From: Podarcis liolepis
Taxonomy: Eukaryota
NCBI GenBank assembly: GCA_965112155.1
Contig: OZ218103.1
Reading direction: 5' to 3' (one strand)
Length of the DNA stretch: 64,000 nucleotides
Below are positions 39,714 through 53,465 of the stretch, one piece after another. The notes beneath the pieces are model-generated. The model was not told the origin of the DNA. It saw only the letters and a program-made list of their open reading frames with translations, and ran no database searches. The position numbers and the translations under genes are program-made. How positions within the stretch are numbered: the first letter of the stretch is position 1; each line of letters begins with the position of its first letter.

Positions 39714-42700
39714 TCTGGAATGTAGTTATTGCAGAAAAAAGCAACACATTATGGGTCTCTAAGGGGCAGGAAGATCCTGGTCATTTCTATTTAGTATGGT
39801 GGGATTTGATTTTATATAGTTTAGTTTCCGGTTTACAGGTATCTCTCCCCCACACAGCCAAGAGAAATAGGATTGTCGTGATTTTAGATTGGGTGCTTTT
39901 ATTTAATATGTTTAGGTTTTGTATGTCCTGTCTTTAGTTGGCTATAATATTGAATGTTTTTGTTATTGTTTACATCTCTCTGTGGCTTAATAATAACTTG
40001 AAAACTAATGATTTTTTTAAAAAACAGACCATTCAGGCACGTTTATCTATATAGCTAGAATTTTAGGGGAGTAATTTCTGCACTTCTGGTCCACGCGGTC
40101 TCCAAAACACAGAGTAGCCTGAGTCTGCACTAGCTTCCCTCTAGTCTTCACAGCTGATAAGAGACCAGTCTGGGCCATGAAGACGGTTAAGCTTAGTGAG
40201 TCTTTCTAAAATGCACACACTTTGTAAGACAAGAGCCCAGCCACAAGAATAAAAAGCTGTCATCTGGATGTGGCTCCAAAGAAAGACTGATGAGTTAGGG
40301 TCCAGTAGGGGACAGAGGCCCCTGAAGTCAGGTGGCAGGCAGCCAGCTTAGTTCTGTTTATTAAAATTGCATTACAATACCAAATTAGGGCACAGAAAAA
40401 CACCTTTTAAAAGGAGGTAAAAGTTAGTGAATTTGTTTGACTTAGCTTGCAGTCTTGATGTGGGCAAAATGTTGATTATTTGACATAACGCCATTCATTA
40501 AGATCAACAGTCAAAACAAAGTTTTGGCATTCCTTAATATTCACAATGTGTATACCTTGGTATAAGCGCAGTGCTAAAAAGCAGACTATAGGAGACAACT
40601 TAGTCTTTCAACCACTACCTGCCCGAAGAACAGTCATAAGTGAGGGAGGGAAAGGGAGGGAGAGAGAGAGAGAAAGGGGGAAGGAGGAAAGGGAGAGAGA
40701 GATTTGAGAGCATTTTTACAGCCTGTTCTGGAACTATTTCCCTAGTGCTATCCTTCCCTCTCACTCCCAGCTACTGAGGAGGAAATCTATCAGTTCACTG
40801 CCAGTCCAGGATATGGTTACACTTTCACTCCAAACTTGGAAATTGCTGCTTTCCTTTCTGTACCTAGCTGTGCAATTTGTTTAGTTTCAGTCCCTTATAC
40901 CCTCCTTGTAAAGCAAACAAACAGAAAATCCTTTCAGCTCAGTTCAGAGGCTACTAGACTGAGGGAAGCGCTCTGCTTTCTTTCTTTATGTGGGTAGGGA
41001 GAAAGGTTGGGAGGCAGCCACTGCAGCCCTGGCAAGCGAGTGGGAAAAAAGTGAAGTATGTGGTTTTTGCTTCCCCTAAAGGCAGGGAAGCATTCCTGCT
41101 CCACTTCAACTTTGCCATAGCGGGGCTCGTGTGGAACTACAAATTCAGATTACTTTGACACATATTTTACAATCACCTCGGTGTACCCCATCACCAAGCC
41201 CAGACCTTGGCCCAGGAATCTTGCTATATACATTCTTCATTCTCACCCATATTCTCTACATCTGCACCCCACCCCCCATCCCGCCTGGAGAAACTCTCCT
41301 GGTCAATCTCATCCACACCATTCCACTGTTAGATAAACTTCCTTTCAAAGTGAGTCTGCTTAATCCTGTATCTCCCCTCATTCAGATCCTCCTCCAGTTG
41401 TAATGCGGGGCATGAGGAGGGGAGAGAGGTTGCTGAGTTATGAGCTATTCCTGACTCATGTCTACAACTTTCACAAGTTCTTTTGCAACACAAAAGGTGG
41501 GGAGGGAGACAGGACGTCAGGCTCTGTTAACTCTGAGAAAGCCAGCAGGACAGACAGAGGGGAGGCTGGGAAAGGGTGGACTAGGAAGGGGGAGAGAAAG
41601 GAGATTGAAAAACAAAGTGTGAGAGAGAAAACAGACCATGAATGAGTGAGGGTGAAAGGGAAGATAAACAGGCAACGACAGAATGAGACTAGGTTAGAGA
41701 GACACAGCTACACAACACATACATACACTTCATAGTTACCAGGAAAAGAAACAGCAGGGGGAGAAAAACAATGAGAAAAATTCCAAAAGATGGGCATGTG
41801 TCTCTCTGTGTGTGTATTTGCACACGTGTGTGTGTGCGCGCACGCACACACACAAATATATATAAACACATACACTAAAAAAAAGAGGAGACACTCACAG
41901 ATTACAGGAATCTGACTTCACCCTTACTGCCTTTGTTCTTTCAAGATATTTTCCATTCAGTGACTGCATTTCCTTCCTGAAAAAGCTATTGGAAAAAGCT
42001 GGCTGTTGGCTCGAAAGAAGCCCTGATGAATTATTGCTGTTAATATCAGCAGTGATTTTGCCTTCTTCACTTTCAGTTAAACTCATTAATGGAGATGGCG
42101 GCCCGTCTGGTACCTTCACAGAAGGGCTACTCCTTTCAGGGCAGGTGTTATAGAGGCCCGAGGGAAAGAGGAGGAGGTGGTGGTTTAGAAGAGAAGGAAA
42201 AATGTTTCAGGCCAGGTCTGGATTCCATCATATCCCACAAACTCCCTTAAGAGATGGCATTTTTATAGTGCATTTTCAAGACTGGAAAAGACCCATTAGG
42301 GCATAAAGACAGTCTCCCTGCCAATATAGGATTTTCCCCTATAGCCATCTGCCTTTTCTAAATTTACTGCATTTCAAGTAATGGTCTTCCATAGCCACTG
42401 TTCCAATATAGGAGGTGCTTGGGCCTAATCCAAAGCTTGTTGAAAAAACAATGAAGTCAGTGGAAAACTCCCAGCAGGGCTCCATTTAAAACTTCTTGGA
42501 ATAAAGTAAAGTCACCTAATATATTGCCAGGAACTTACAGACACTCCTGAAGGAGAGAGATCAGAACATATAAGCAAAGCTATTTTGTGGAATGGATACT
42601 GTGAAAGCTTAGAACTGGTTCCAATGTTATTTTTCATTGATCAGGTTTGGAAAATTGGGGTGGAGAAGAGTCCAAAAGACCCTAACCTTCATTGCACTGT

Positions 42701-45700
42701 AATGGTTAGAGATGCCGAAACTGACACATTAAACTGGTAAAATCCCCCAAAATGGCTTTAGTTTTGCTAATCCTAGTCCCATCTGGCTGTTCTGAAGATT
42801 AACATCTTCAACAATATTTTAAGACATGAATAGGGGTGCTGGACATCAGATGAAGCCTTATTGCCTTCAGTGCCAACAATGGTGCCTTGAAGGTAAGTGA
42901 GCCTATACCAATTTCGATCTGATAGGTTTAGAAATAGGCAGCCAAGTGAAAAAATAAATGCAACAGACCTAGATGAGAAGAGAGCTTAAACACTCAAGAT
43001 CAAACTGCAGGTATGTGGTTCCAAACTAAATAGAATAAATGAGAGGGGAACACAACAAGCAATATAATCCCCTTGCTTTATCCCAGACATATTTCAACAG
43101 AAAGAAAATGAGAACAAACAGTGCTGAGACCACTGCATAGATTTGGTTCCCTGGGGTGTCCAGAAAAGCAGAAGGCAGCCTCCCCCATCTCCATACTCTC
43201 ATCCACTGGGTTTCCTCCATTTCCAGCAGACTGTGGAGGCAGTTCAGTTTGGTATAGGCGGGACCTTCAGCTCCAGGAGAGCACATACTAATTACTTTCC
43301 TTTGTTAATTAAACCCACGTGGCTCTAATAAGGTAACCTGCTGTTCGCCGATAAATTTAATTAGCCTGAAGGGAGAGCCCCTCCACACAGCTATTTAAAA
43401 TTGTCACTTTCCATTCACTTGGGCTTCCCCCCCTTCTCTTGCTGTTCCTCCTTTAGACCTGAATTTATGCTCATTTTGCAAGCCCTTTCATGTCCCAAAC
43501 CTGCTGCCCTCAATGGCATGTACATGTTCAGTGACCTCCATCTTGGCAACATCTCTAGGGACATTCAAAGCTGAAAGCAGGACACTTTTATAGCTTTGCA
43601 TCTGAAGAGCGGGCTTTGTGCTTTGGGTGTAACTTATTCAGAGTGTAACTAGGTGTTACAAGAAGCACAGAACTGCTGCCTCTCCACGTCTCTCTCACCC
43701 TCTTCCTCATAGTGTCTACATTAACACAATGTGTGATGTGATGTCATCATGCTATGCATTGCCCTTGTGTCATATCATTGGCTGTCATTTATCGGAGAGG
43801 GGCAGAGCACAACGTGACAACATAATGTCAAGCATGATAGGAAATGTTTTGAAGAAGAGTGGAAGAGAGACACGGAGCAACAAAAGATCTTTGAGTGCAT
43901 CCAACATCTTTCTGAATCACACAGAATGAACAATAATCTGCAGCTCATGTTTTGAGCATTATATTGTGAGGGGGCAGGGCTTGCAAAGATATATATTTGA
44001 TGGTCAATGTTCCACTTCTGAGGAGGTTTCATTGATCAAAAGCCACGTATTCTTCTAAGGCCACCCTGCCCACCTTGTAGTTTTCAACATTTCTACAAAT
44101 GACCAAAGACTACACAGCGTCATTTTCCATTATCCCACACTAGGTATTCAGGCAAAAGGGTCAGATTCCCACACCCCAACCACCACCTGTGTGTCTGGCT
44201 CCTACAGCCCCCTTACTAGGCTAACACATCATTTTTTTAATCTATTAACTGGAAGCACTTCACGATTAATTATGTTGCCACGGACTCAGCTATGCTGCCT
44301 CAAGCCCTCACCTGTTTCCTTTCACTGAAAGGCTTTGGCCTTACTTGGTCAAATATTAAAGTCCACATGGCTGCAAAATCAGCTTTTTGCCATCCAGTGG
44401 AATGTCTCTTTTTAACACGTCTTATTTTAATGACTCTAACAAGGTTCAGCCAACATGCTTCTGTCTCTTCCTCCTTGTGCTTCACAACTGAATCTCTTTT
44501 AAAATTACTTCACTCATGAAGACACCATCTGAACCCTTGGTAACTTGCCAGCTCTCTTGGCTATCCTACACCATCCTTGTTGCTCTTACACCAACTTGAC
44601 ATCTTAGCAAGGTAGCTGCTATGTTTGGACCCCCTTTAAGAACACAACTTAAAACATAAGGTAGCATCTGACTTCCACACCTTCCAATGGCTAGTTTCGC
44701 CTGTGTATTCTTCTACTCTGTCTGCAGATGGCAGGTAGTTGTAGCATTCCTCAGATCTCTGTCATGCTCTGGCCATCTACACTGGACAGGGTTTGTCTGT
44801 CTGTCTGTTTGTTTGTTTGTTTGTTTTGGGGGGAAACATCTAGTTCTCTCTTTGCGTGGTATGGAGGCCCTTCTAAATGGATATCCCACATCGGCTCACT
44901 GTCTCTCTCACTGGATTGTCAAGACAATTTCACACTGCCATGAGATGCAGAACGTTAATTGTCCAGATCTGTTTTTTGCACACTCCAATAGCTTCATGAT
45001 GACTCTACAGCTGTCAAGAGACATAGCCATCACTAAGATCCACAGGGCAGCAACCTGGTCCACAGGTTTGACTTTTGCTAAGCAGTACAAACTGGACATG
45101 AAGCAGCCTTCACGATTCCTGCCCTGAATGAGATCTCACAGCATTGCTGCCCATTTCCTCTTTACAATGAAAGAACAAAATATTCTCCCCTATGAGGGGT
45201 TGCACAGAATCCATGAGTAAGAAACAAATAATTGCTCAACTGTTATTTTTAAAAATAGGTATCATGTGCAGTCACACATCTCACCCTCCATCCAAACACT
45301 ATGAAAATATCCAGAGGATCATGACTATTTTTACTTGTCTTATAGGACCTCTCTGCAATGGTTAGGGGATGGGACTGAGCAGAAAGTAGTGACGGTGCCT
45401 GCTAACTTCATTTATTATCAGTTATTGAGGATGGGCAAGGGAGCCATTACTCCTGGTCTTCCTGAGCTTTCTATAAATTAATGCCTGTGGTATTGTGCTA
45501 GCACACTCTCATTTATGGGGCTACACAGAATCCAAGAATGCACTGATTATGGTGAGTGTATGACCTTTCATCTGGGGGACACATGCACCCAAATTCACTG
45601 ACCAGTATGAAATCAGGTAATTACAGAGTGAATGGCAGTTGTGTCAGAACTGGATAAGTTATGACATCAGTGGTCTATTTAAAAAATCATTTAGCTTCTC

Positions 45701-47274
45701 ACTCTCCAATTGAAATCACGAAGAAATAGTTAAGATGAAATAGTCTAGGATGGCATTATAACAGATAGGATCATCTAACTCAGAATTGTCAGGTCATTAT
45801 TAGCTCCAGTCATGGCCTTAAGTAGAACTCTCTCTTGCTATCCAGGATCATTTAGCTGAAGATGGCAGGGGCTGAGCGCAGGATCTTATGCATGCAAAGT
45901 ATATGCTCTGATATGGAGACTTCACTAACATGGTCACAGGGATATGCTTTAGCTAAATAGGAATCAATAGGGGAAGGGACATAAACTTAGAGTGAGATCA
46001 AATAAAATGGTGGACAGATATGACAGTCCGAAAGGATGAAGACAGCAAGGAAGTGGGTGGGCAAGCAAAGACAGGGTTGATTAACCCATTTGGCTATGTC
46101 TTTATTTTCTATTTAGATTGATAAGATATACATAGTAAAAGATAACTAAACAGATCTTGTTTATAAAACATTAAAAAGTCAAAACATATTTAAATAAAAA
46201 GAAGAAAGAAAATAAGAAAAGAGTATGAGGGAAATTAAGCATAAAGTAACAATTGACCAGTATATATTGCTCAGCAGCCTGGTTAATTATGAGGCAAACC
46301 TGTTATTACAATTAAACAAATGAAAATAAAGCATGAATATTTTGTGAATTTAAAATTATAAACTCAGTTGTTCTGTGAGTTTACTGGGAGCACAGCCCTC
46401 CTTGCTTCTTTTATAAATAAGAAAGTTAGTAGTAAGAGGTTTATTCCCTTTTCATGCCACTACAGAATATATAGGGGTTTAGGAGATTTCCAATTAGCAG
46501 CTATTATTTGCCTCACTGTTGTCAAAAGGAAAGCAGTTAATTCCAGACTTTCTTTAACTATTCCCTTTATAGCAACGTTATAGCAAGATTTCCATAAACA
46601 CTGCCGCCATTTATGGCATCTCACTGACATGGCAACATCTCAAATGTGAAGTGTCCCAAATAAACAAATCCACAGGAGCAATAGGCAGTGGCCAATTTCC
46701 TTCTGAGCCTAATCAACTAGTGGTTCAAAGATGAGCCTAGATCATGTTTTGGCATGCTACCGTTCTGTTACTAAAGTGGGTTGAACAGTAGGAGCAAAAC
46801 TGCACTCTGTGCTGGTGACAAGTGCTACAGATTGCCAGTCTGTCATGAAACAGTGCAATTTCACCTGAAAATGGAGTACATGTGGCCCATGTGGCTGTGT
46901 GAATCCAGTCCTTAAAGAAAAAGGCTCAAAGCCCAACCGTGCCATATCACATACTAATGCAGAATATTGGCAGGCGTTTAGTCCTCAGCAAGCTCGTCTA
47001 CATCTTATTGTTTAACATTCTTTGTAGAACCTGGGAATGCTGCCATAGGTTCTTGCTACCCCAGAGCACTATGGCATCCAGCAACTCTGATGCTTTTCTC
47101 AGTACACTCTCCTCCAGCCTCAAAACCTAAAAAAAGCTTCCAATAACACATCTGCTTCCACATATCAGAATCCAACTCACTGCTCTGAGCCACTTTAAAC
47201 ATCATATCCATAATGGGAATCAAACACACAGGTGTCTTAACCAAGTTCTGCCCAAATGGCTCTATCAGTCAAAA

Positions 47275-47350
47275 GTATGTATGTATGTATGTATGTATGT
47301 ATGTATGTATTTACTGTCCTTCATCATAAGATCTCAGGGCGGTTCACAGA
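47275..47350 (-). repeat. (GTAT)n microsatellite at the tail of an L2-like 3' terminal fragment
   Basis: Tetranucleotide run followed by atctcagggcggttcaca, as in the L2-type termini at 12040-12120 and 63740-63834. Confidence 0.7.
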
Positions 47351-47929
47351 AGTTAATCTACAAGAATACAGATGCTACTCTCACTTCAAGTTCATAGAAT
47401 CATAGAATACAATCCAGATGTTTCTACCTTCCTCCGATATTAACTCTCAATGAATTAAATAATTTCAGTGCAATTCTCCAGAAGTACTCAACAAGTACAA
47501 AGTTCTATAAATGGTATTTAAGCCATATGACCTTGAATGACATCTTTAAATAGTTGTTTTGCTTGTTTTGGCAATGTAAAATTTAGTATGGGTGCCACAA
47601 TTAATATATATATATACACCAAGAATGTATTCAGGAGTGACAACCTCATCAATCAACTGAAATGGAAGGTGGCCTACTAGGTAAATACCAGCTTGGAACA
47701 TGGAACAAAAATTAAATTACCATCTGTGTAATGGAAACAACCATAGTGCAATACCTCCAAAGACCACAGTAACATTAGGTATATAAGGAATACTAATATA
47801 TCTTAATACTATAGTATTTAAGAACCAAAAGTTTGTAATTCAGAGGATCAGCAGTGAGTTTTTTAAAATCACATCAGGAAGCATAGCTTTTCAGAGGCAC
47901 TTTTTGCCAGAAAGCTCTTATCCTCTCAC

Positions 47930-48019
47930 CTGGACTGCTGGCTGCTTATTTTCATTGCTGCTGGGAGAAGTCAGCCCTGTTGCCTGTTGCAGAAGGAACT
48001 GCCGTGCTACCTGAAGAGC
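47930..48019 (-). CDS. FOXP4: FOXP4 internal coding exon ([30 protein letters not shown])
   Basis: Read manually; absent from the ORF track. Acceptor tttccctccAG, donor CAG|GTGAGA, 90 nt, phase 0/0. [13 protein letters not shown] matches the FOXP4 N-terminal region. Confidence 0.95.
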
Positions 48020-49589
48020 CTGGAGGGAAAGATATATAGTACAGGATGAAGATTTAAAAAGTGGAGTCTCTTTTTATATTCTTTCCAATGCAAACTTGCC
48101 ATCAAATTTGAAAAATAACTACTCACATACTCAAGACAGCAGATCAAATATTACTTGCCAAAGTAGTTTGTATTAAGCATGCAACACTGGCACAGAAAGA
48201 CCACAAATAGCAGGACCTCCATGAAGCCAGGCATTTCTATTCCACCATTGTGAAGGTTCACATTACCAGAAAGATCAGAGACCAAAGAATGATCCAGGAT
48301 GCTGGAACACTAAGCTAAAACAGAAATAGTCCTCACCAGCTATCAGCATGGGAGACTACTGGAACTCCAACATAAGAGCCATATTAATAAGGAAATAACA
48401 TTTAAGAAGATAGATCCAAGGGAATGAAATTTATTTTCTTGATCTGATTTTCTCTGTGTCCATATCCCACTCCAATCTCATAGCAACACAGAGATAGTGC
48501 AGCGTCAAGTAGCTGCATATTGTTTTTAGGATGGAGAGGATGGGATCAATAGTCTTTTGGCAACAGTCAAAAAGAATAGGCATCCATTGACCTAACTCAA
48601 TTTAGATTTACCCCACTCCACCTTGGTCTTTCAGGTCTCAAATACAAGCATAGATTATGTCTGTACACAGATTGGTCTAGATGGGCCAATATACCTTCAA
48701 GAATGACATTCTGGATACAGATTGTTAAAAATCCTGCCAGATTCAAATATTCTAGGCAGCTGAGAATAAAATTTGTATAACAAATTAAGTAGTCACTACA
48801 TATAGAACTATGGGTATTTTTTACTTACTTGTTCTATTAAGATACCATGTTTCAGCCAAGACTCCCAACACATAATCCAAAATTTAAAACTACTAAAAAA
48901 CACCCACTACAAAAAGAAACCAGTTGTACATAATATACAACAGAATTCTCTCAGGCAGACTAATGGTTCAATCAGGAGCTGCTGGAATGGGCTCTCTGGC
49001 CTGTGCTTCCTCACTTCTGTCTTCCTTCAAGACACACAGGACTTTAAGTATCCCCAGTGAAGATGGGGAAAGGGCTTCTCCCCCTTCTTCAGGCCACTGA
49101 TATGTCTCTTCAGGAGCTGATGGCATTCCTGTGCGTGATCACAGGCAATGGCTAGCCTGGTAAGCTCAACAACAAACCATGACTGGCAAGCAGAGGGTGG
49201 AGAGCTGAAGAAGTGGAAAATAGAAAGGTGTGCATGAAGGCATGGTACTTTAAAAAAGAACACACAGGCATGGGAGGGAAGTGCACTCTAATATGTCACA
49301 TCACAGCAGCCATACCGCAGAGGGAAAAAGCCTATGCTTGCAAAGAGCAGAGGAGAGGGGTTTCATTCAGGAGCCAAGAGCAGACTGCAAGCAGAGAATA
49401 ACCCCTAACACAAACAATCCTGTGGTACCAAAAGCGGCTGCTCCCAAAGCCCCACTTCCTCATACGTTTCTTATTTTTGCTTTGAGAAGAATTATTTTTT
49501 TAAAAAATTGGTACATTTCTGAACAACAAAGTCATTGTAGCCCTGCCTGCAAGACAGGTTTTTATTACAGCATAGAGACAGGAGGGGGG

Positions 49590-49830
49590 AGCACGGAGGT
49601 AGAGGTCGACGGGTCATAGCCCAGCTTGGCGGTGCTGCAAACAGCATGTGGGTTCCACTGAGCTGTCAACACCGCAGCCGTAAATCAAGACTCTGGCTTC
49701 CAAAGGGCGGCTGTGCTCTCCCCAGTCAGCAGAGGCACTTGCAGGGTGTGTCCCAGAGAAAGAACCGCTTGTTAATTTTCCACATTTCCAGCTATAAAGA
49801 ACAAAGTTACTTTCCGTCAGGCATTTAAAC
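49590..49830. promoter_or_regulatory. Candidate intronic enhancer
   Basis: CpG-rich; DR2-like AGGTCGacGGGTCA, CTGTCA, CCGTAAATCA and AACAAAG motifs. Confidence 0.5.
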
Positions 49831-51656
49831 CTTACATACTGTACCGTACTCTCTCTGTTTGGAGGAGCAGCTGATTTTCAACACATGGATCAAATTAGTG
49901 TGTGCACACTTACCCGTATGCAATATAATTGCATACACCATGGCATGTAAATGCAAGACAGAGACTGTATTGTTGTAGCTACGAATGAGACTGATGCATA
50001 ACTTAAACATGGGCACAACCTAGTTTTGCAGTGTAGATAGATATGCATGTGTGCTACGTGCAACGCATATGGACACACATTGTAAACAAGAGTATCTACA
50101 CACATGTTACAAAGTGATCTCATGAATATCTCTCATGCATACACCATATCTGGGAACACAGCAGGGATGTTTGCAAGTAATTTTATTTCTACGACAGTAT
50201 TCAGCACAATTATAAGGAAGAACATACTGATCACACAGCTATGAAAAACACATGAGCAATTTTTAAAATGTATTTTAATATTATAAAGTTTCAATATGAT
50301 CTGTGTTGCATACTGCATATACATCAGATATACCATGCATGTAAACTTTAAAGGTTAGCATCACTATAGGTTTGAAAGCACACCATATGTGCGTCTTTAA
50401 GGCAGACACCCAATTTTTTCCCAGCTGACTTTACATTAAGACACCACACAGATGTCCAAAGGATACCAGGTGTTTTATTACAGTTTCACTAAATGCTAAA
50501 AGAAGTGCAAGATTGCAAACACAGTCTTTAGAAGCAGCTTATTGGCTAAAAAGCAACAAAGTTACAGACACTTCCTCAGTCACACAAACAGTGCTAAAAG
50601 TCTCTTATAGCAACTTCTCCACCCACCCACAATATCAACAAACCTAATACAATTGTCAGTCATATAAAACTCAAAAACATGCTCCTAAATATGTACTTTA
50701 CAGGACAAACAAGCACTGAAACTGCATTGTGTTCATTTGAGAAGGCATGCAGCAACAATGGAAAATGCCACAGACTAAATAATTTTTGGACTTGGTGTTT
50801 TCAATAAAGTTCACTGGTCTACATGTCAACACATGAAAAGTAAGATATCAACAGTCCATTTCTGTATAAATAGTTCTATAAATCTAAGGTGGTGTGTGTT
50901 GCCTTCTTCGGAAATGAAAGCGATGTTTCCTTGGATTTGCCTACTATACAGGCATCAACCAAAATGACAAAAGAAAACAGTCGCAATGAAATCCCATTCA
51001 AAATTCAACAGGTTTAAAGTTTCAGCTGCACCATCTGGCTTCCAAATACCTGTGGCAACAGCTCAGACAGCACTTTCATCCTCTTCCAATGTGTACAGAA
51101 CAGCCTGCGCCTTCCCTTTAAAAGCTTCCATTTTGCAGCAATTTTTGCCCAAGGACAGTTGCCCCAAGGAAGGGTGGATTTGACTGCAATTTAAGAGGGT
51201 TGGGTTTTAGTCATGGCACAGTTGTACTGACCTTCCATGTGACGTGGACTGAATCCATTCCGCTCTGTGTCCTTATTGACTAAAGTGTGGATTTATAATA
51301 TCACTGACCTCACAAGAAATAACACCCAACTGAAAAGGTAAGTTCAAGGATTGTTGTAAAATCCTTCCAACAATTTGACAAATGAAGAAATAGAGGCTCA
51401 GAAGAGAAGATAACTGTTCCTTTATAGCGCAGAGTAAGAATCAGGAACAAAACTGGAGTCTTATTTCACCTAACTCTCCGACCCTCGGAAAGTCTTTCAG
51501 CACTTCACACGTCTGCTTCCTAATCTCTCTTTCAATGCTTCACTATTTTAATTAATTATGCTTCATTAGTTCAATCAATCAATTAATTAGCCAATCAAAG
51601 TTCAAGAGGAGTCCTACACAAATTGAGGAGAGAAAAGAGCTCTACTACAACACTAG

Positions 51657-52158
51657 TGCCATAATGATCGGAAGGCCAGCTTGCCAGAAGAAACTGGGAT
51701 GCTGTAGCCAGCTGTATGAAGTCTCCAATAGACCCCATTTTAATTGCATTAGCCACACAACAGTAGCTTTGTTCACAAGGGGACAGCAGGGACAGCCCCC
51801 TGTTTTATGGGCTTTGGGAACCCTGTAAAGTCTGTGTGAGTTTATTAAGCCTGGTAGTGGCTTGTGCAAGAAGAATACGGCTCGTGACGGGTGCCGGAAC
51901 ATGTCAAGAGGGCACCAAGCCAGGCTGGTACGCAGGAGACCTGCTGCTCGATTAAGGGGATGCACAGCATGGTGCATGAGAGCCAAGGGAACGGTGGACA
52001 GAATATAAGAGGCCCACCCCATACAAGCTCTCATGGGGGAATTTAATTCACTCCCTGCTGACTCTCTCACTTTGTTGTGCTCTGAAGCAAGAAATTACAA
52101 GATTTACAGGGAAAAATGACATGGCCTTACAGTCTCACACTGGGGTCTCCCTGTAACA
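51657..52158. mobile_element. Possible solo LTR (about 500 bp)
   Basis: TG...TGTAACA ends, flanks ACTAG/ACTAT (4/5), GC/CpG-richer than the surroundings, AATAAA on the minus strand near 51841. Confidence 0.4.
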
Positions 52159-53465
52159 ACTATGCAGCTCACCCACAGAAGGCCATACAATCAGGAATGG
52201 GAGAAAAATGAGCAGGGGGAAAAAACACAAAACTAGGACACAGAAGTATACATGGCTCCACTTTTCAAACAGCAAATTCCAACACAGTAGAGACGCTTCT
52301 CCATAATTATTTTAAAGTCAACATGCTAGTCATATGTACTGGTAGCCAACATTTTTTTTTTATAGGCAGCATACAATTTTCCAACCACCTGACAATATGG
52401 AAACTAGTAGTTTGCTCTCAATCCATTTAAAAGGAAAGCTCACCCCCACTACCACCACGAAATAGGTAGAAACAGGCATGTGCCTTCAGTTCAAGAACCT
52501 AATTGCCTGGTTATTTGGAAAAGTTTGGATTTTCTCATAAATGTTTAAATGAATTATAATTTTATACCTCTCCCCTAAACTGAAAGTAAGAACAAATGAA
52601 ATTCTTTAAGAACCATTTGGTCTGGACCAGGTTATCAGATAGGGCTGCCTTCTGATTTATGTTTGGAACCACTGATTGCATGTGCAATCAGTTGGAAGAG
52701 GGCGATTTGTGGTTTTGTTCATTATCAAGTATAATTTAAATTAGCTTTATACATGGATGTGTTATTATTATTCATTAGTAGACCTGAAACACCCAAAGCA
52801 GAATTAATAAAGAGTAATTAATAGCTTGGGTAGACTATTCAGGATATACAAGTAATTGGGCAAAATCTGAATTAATACCAGTGGGCAATTGCAGACAACT
52901 TACTTTGTATACTAACTGGTGATTTTGTTGGTGCCCAGAGGTCTTAACATAGCTAGGTATTTTGGTTCCAGGAGATATTCATCAAACAATTACACTGAAT
53001 TTGAATCAGTTGATAAAGGTTTTCCAGTGATTTGGAACAATGAGCCTCACTCAAATTTAATATTTGGGGTTAGGTTAATGCACTTTAGATGAATATTTTG
53101 TCATGGATAATAAATATACTATGTGGTGTTTCGTTGCATAATCTCCAAGTATCTTTTCAAAGGACTAATGACATATTTCAGAAGTTTATGCAGGATAATT
53201 CTACACTACATTTTTCACTTAAGAGAATGCAGCTGCCAATATTGGAAGGAGGCAGATATTAGTTTACATGACAGGGCATATTTGTCAGCATGTACAAAAG
53301 ATTGGCAATTTTTTCCCTTCCTTGAATTCCCCAGCTTGGGCAATTTTAGAGATGGCTTATTTGGCACCCTTATTTAGATGGTTAGTGCTGGGGTCTAGGT
53401 TTCATAAAAGAAAAGATACTATGCCACGTAACAGACAACTAAACTTGTAAACTGTTGTTTATAAG

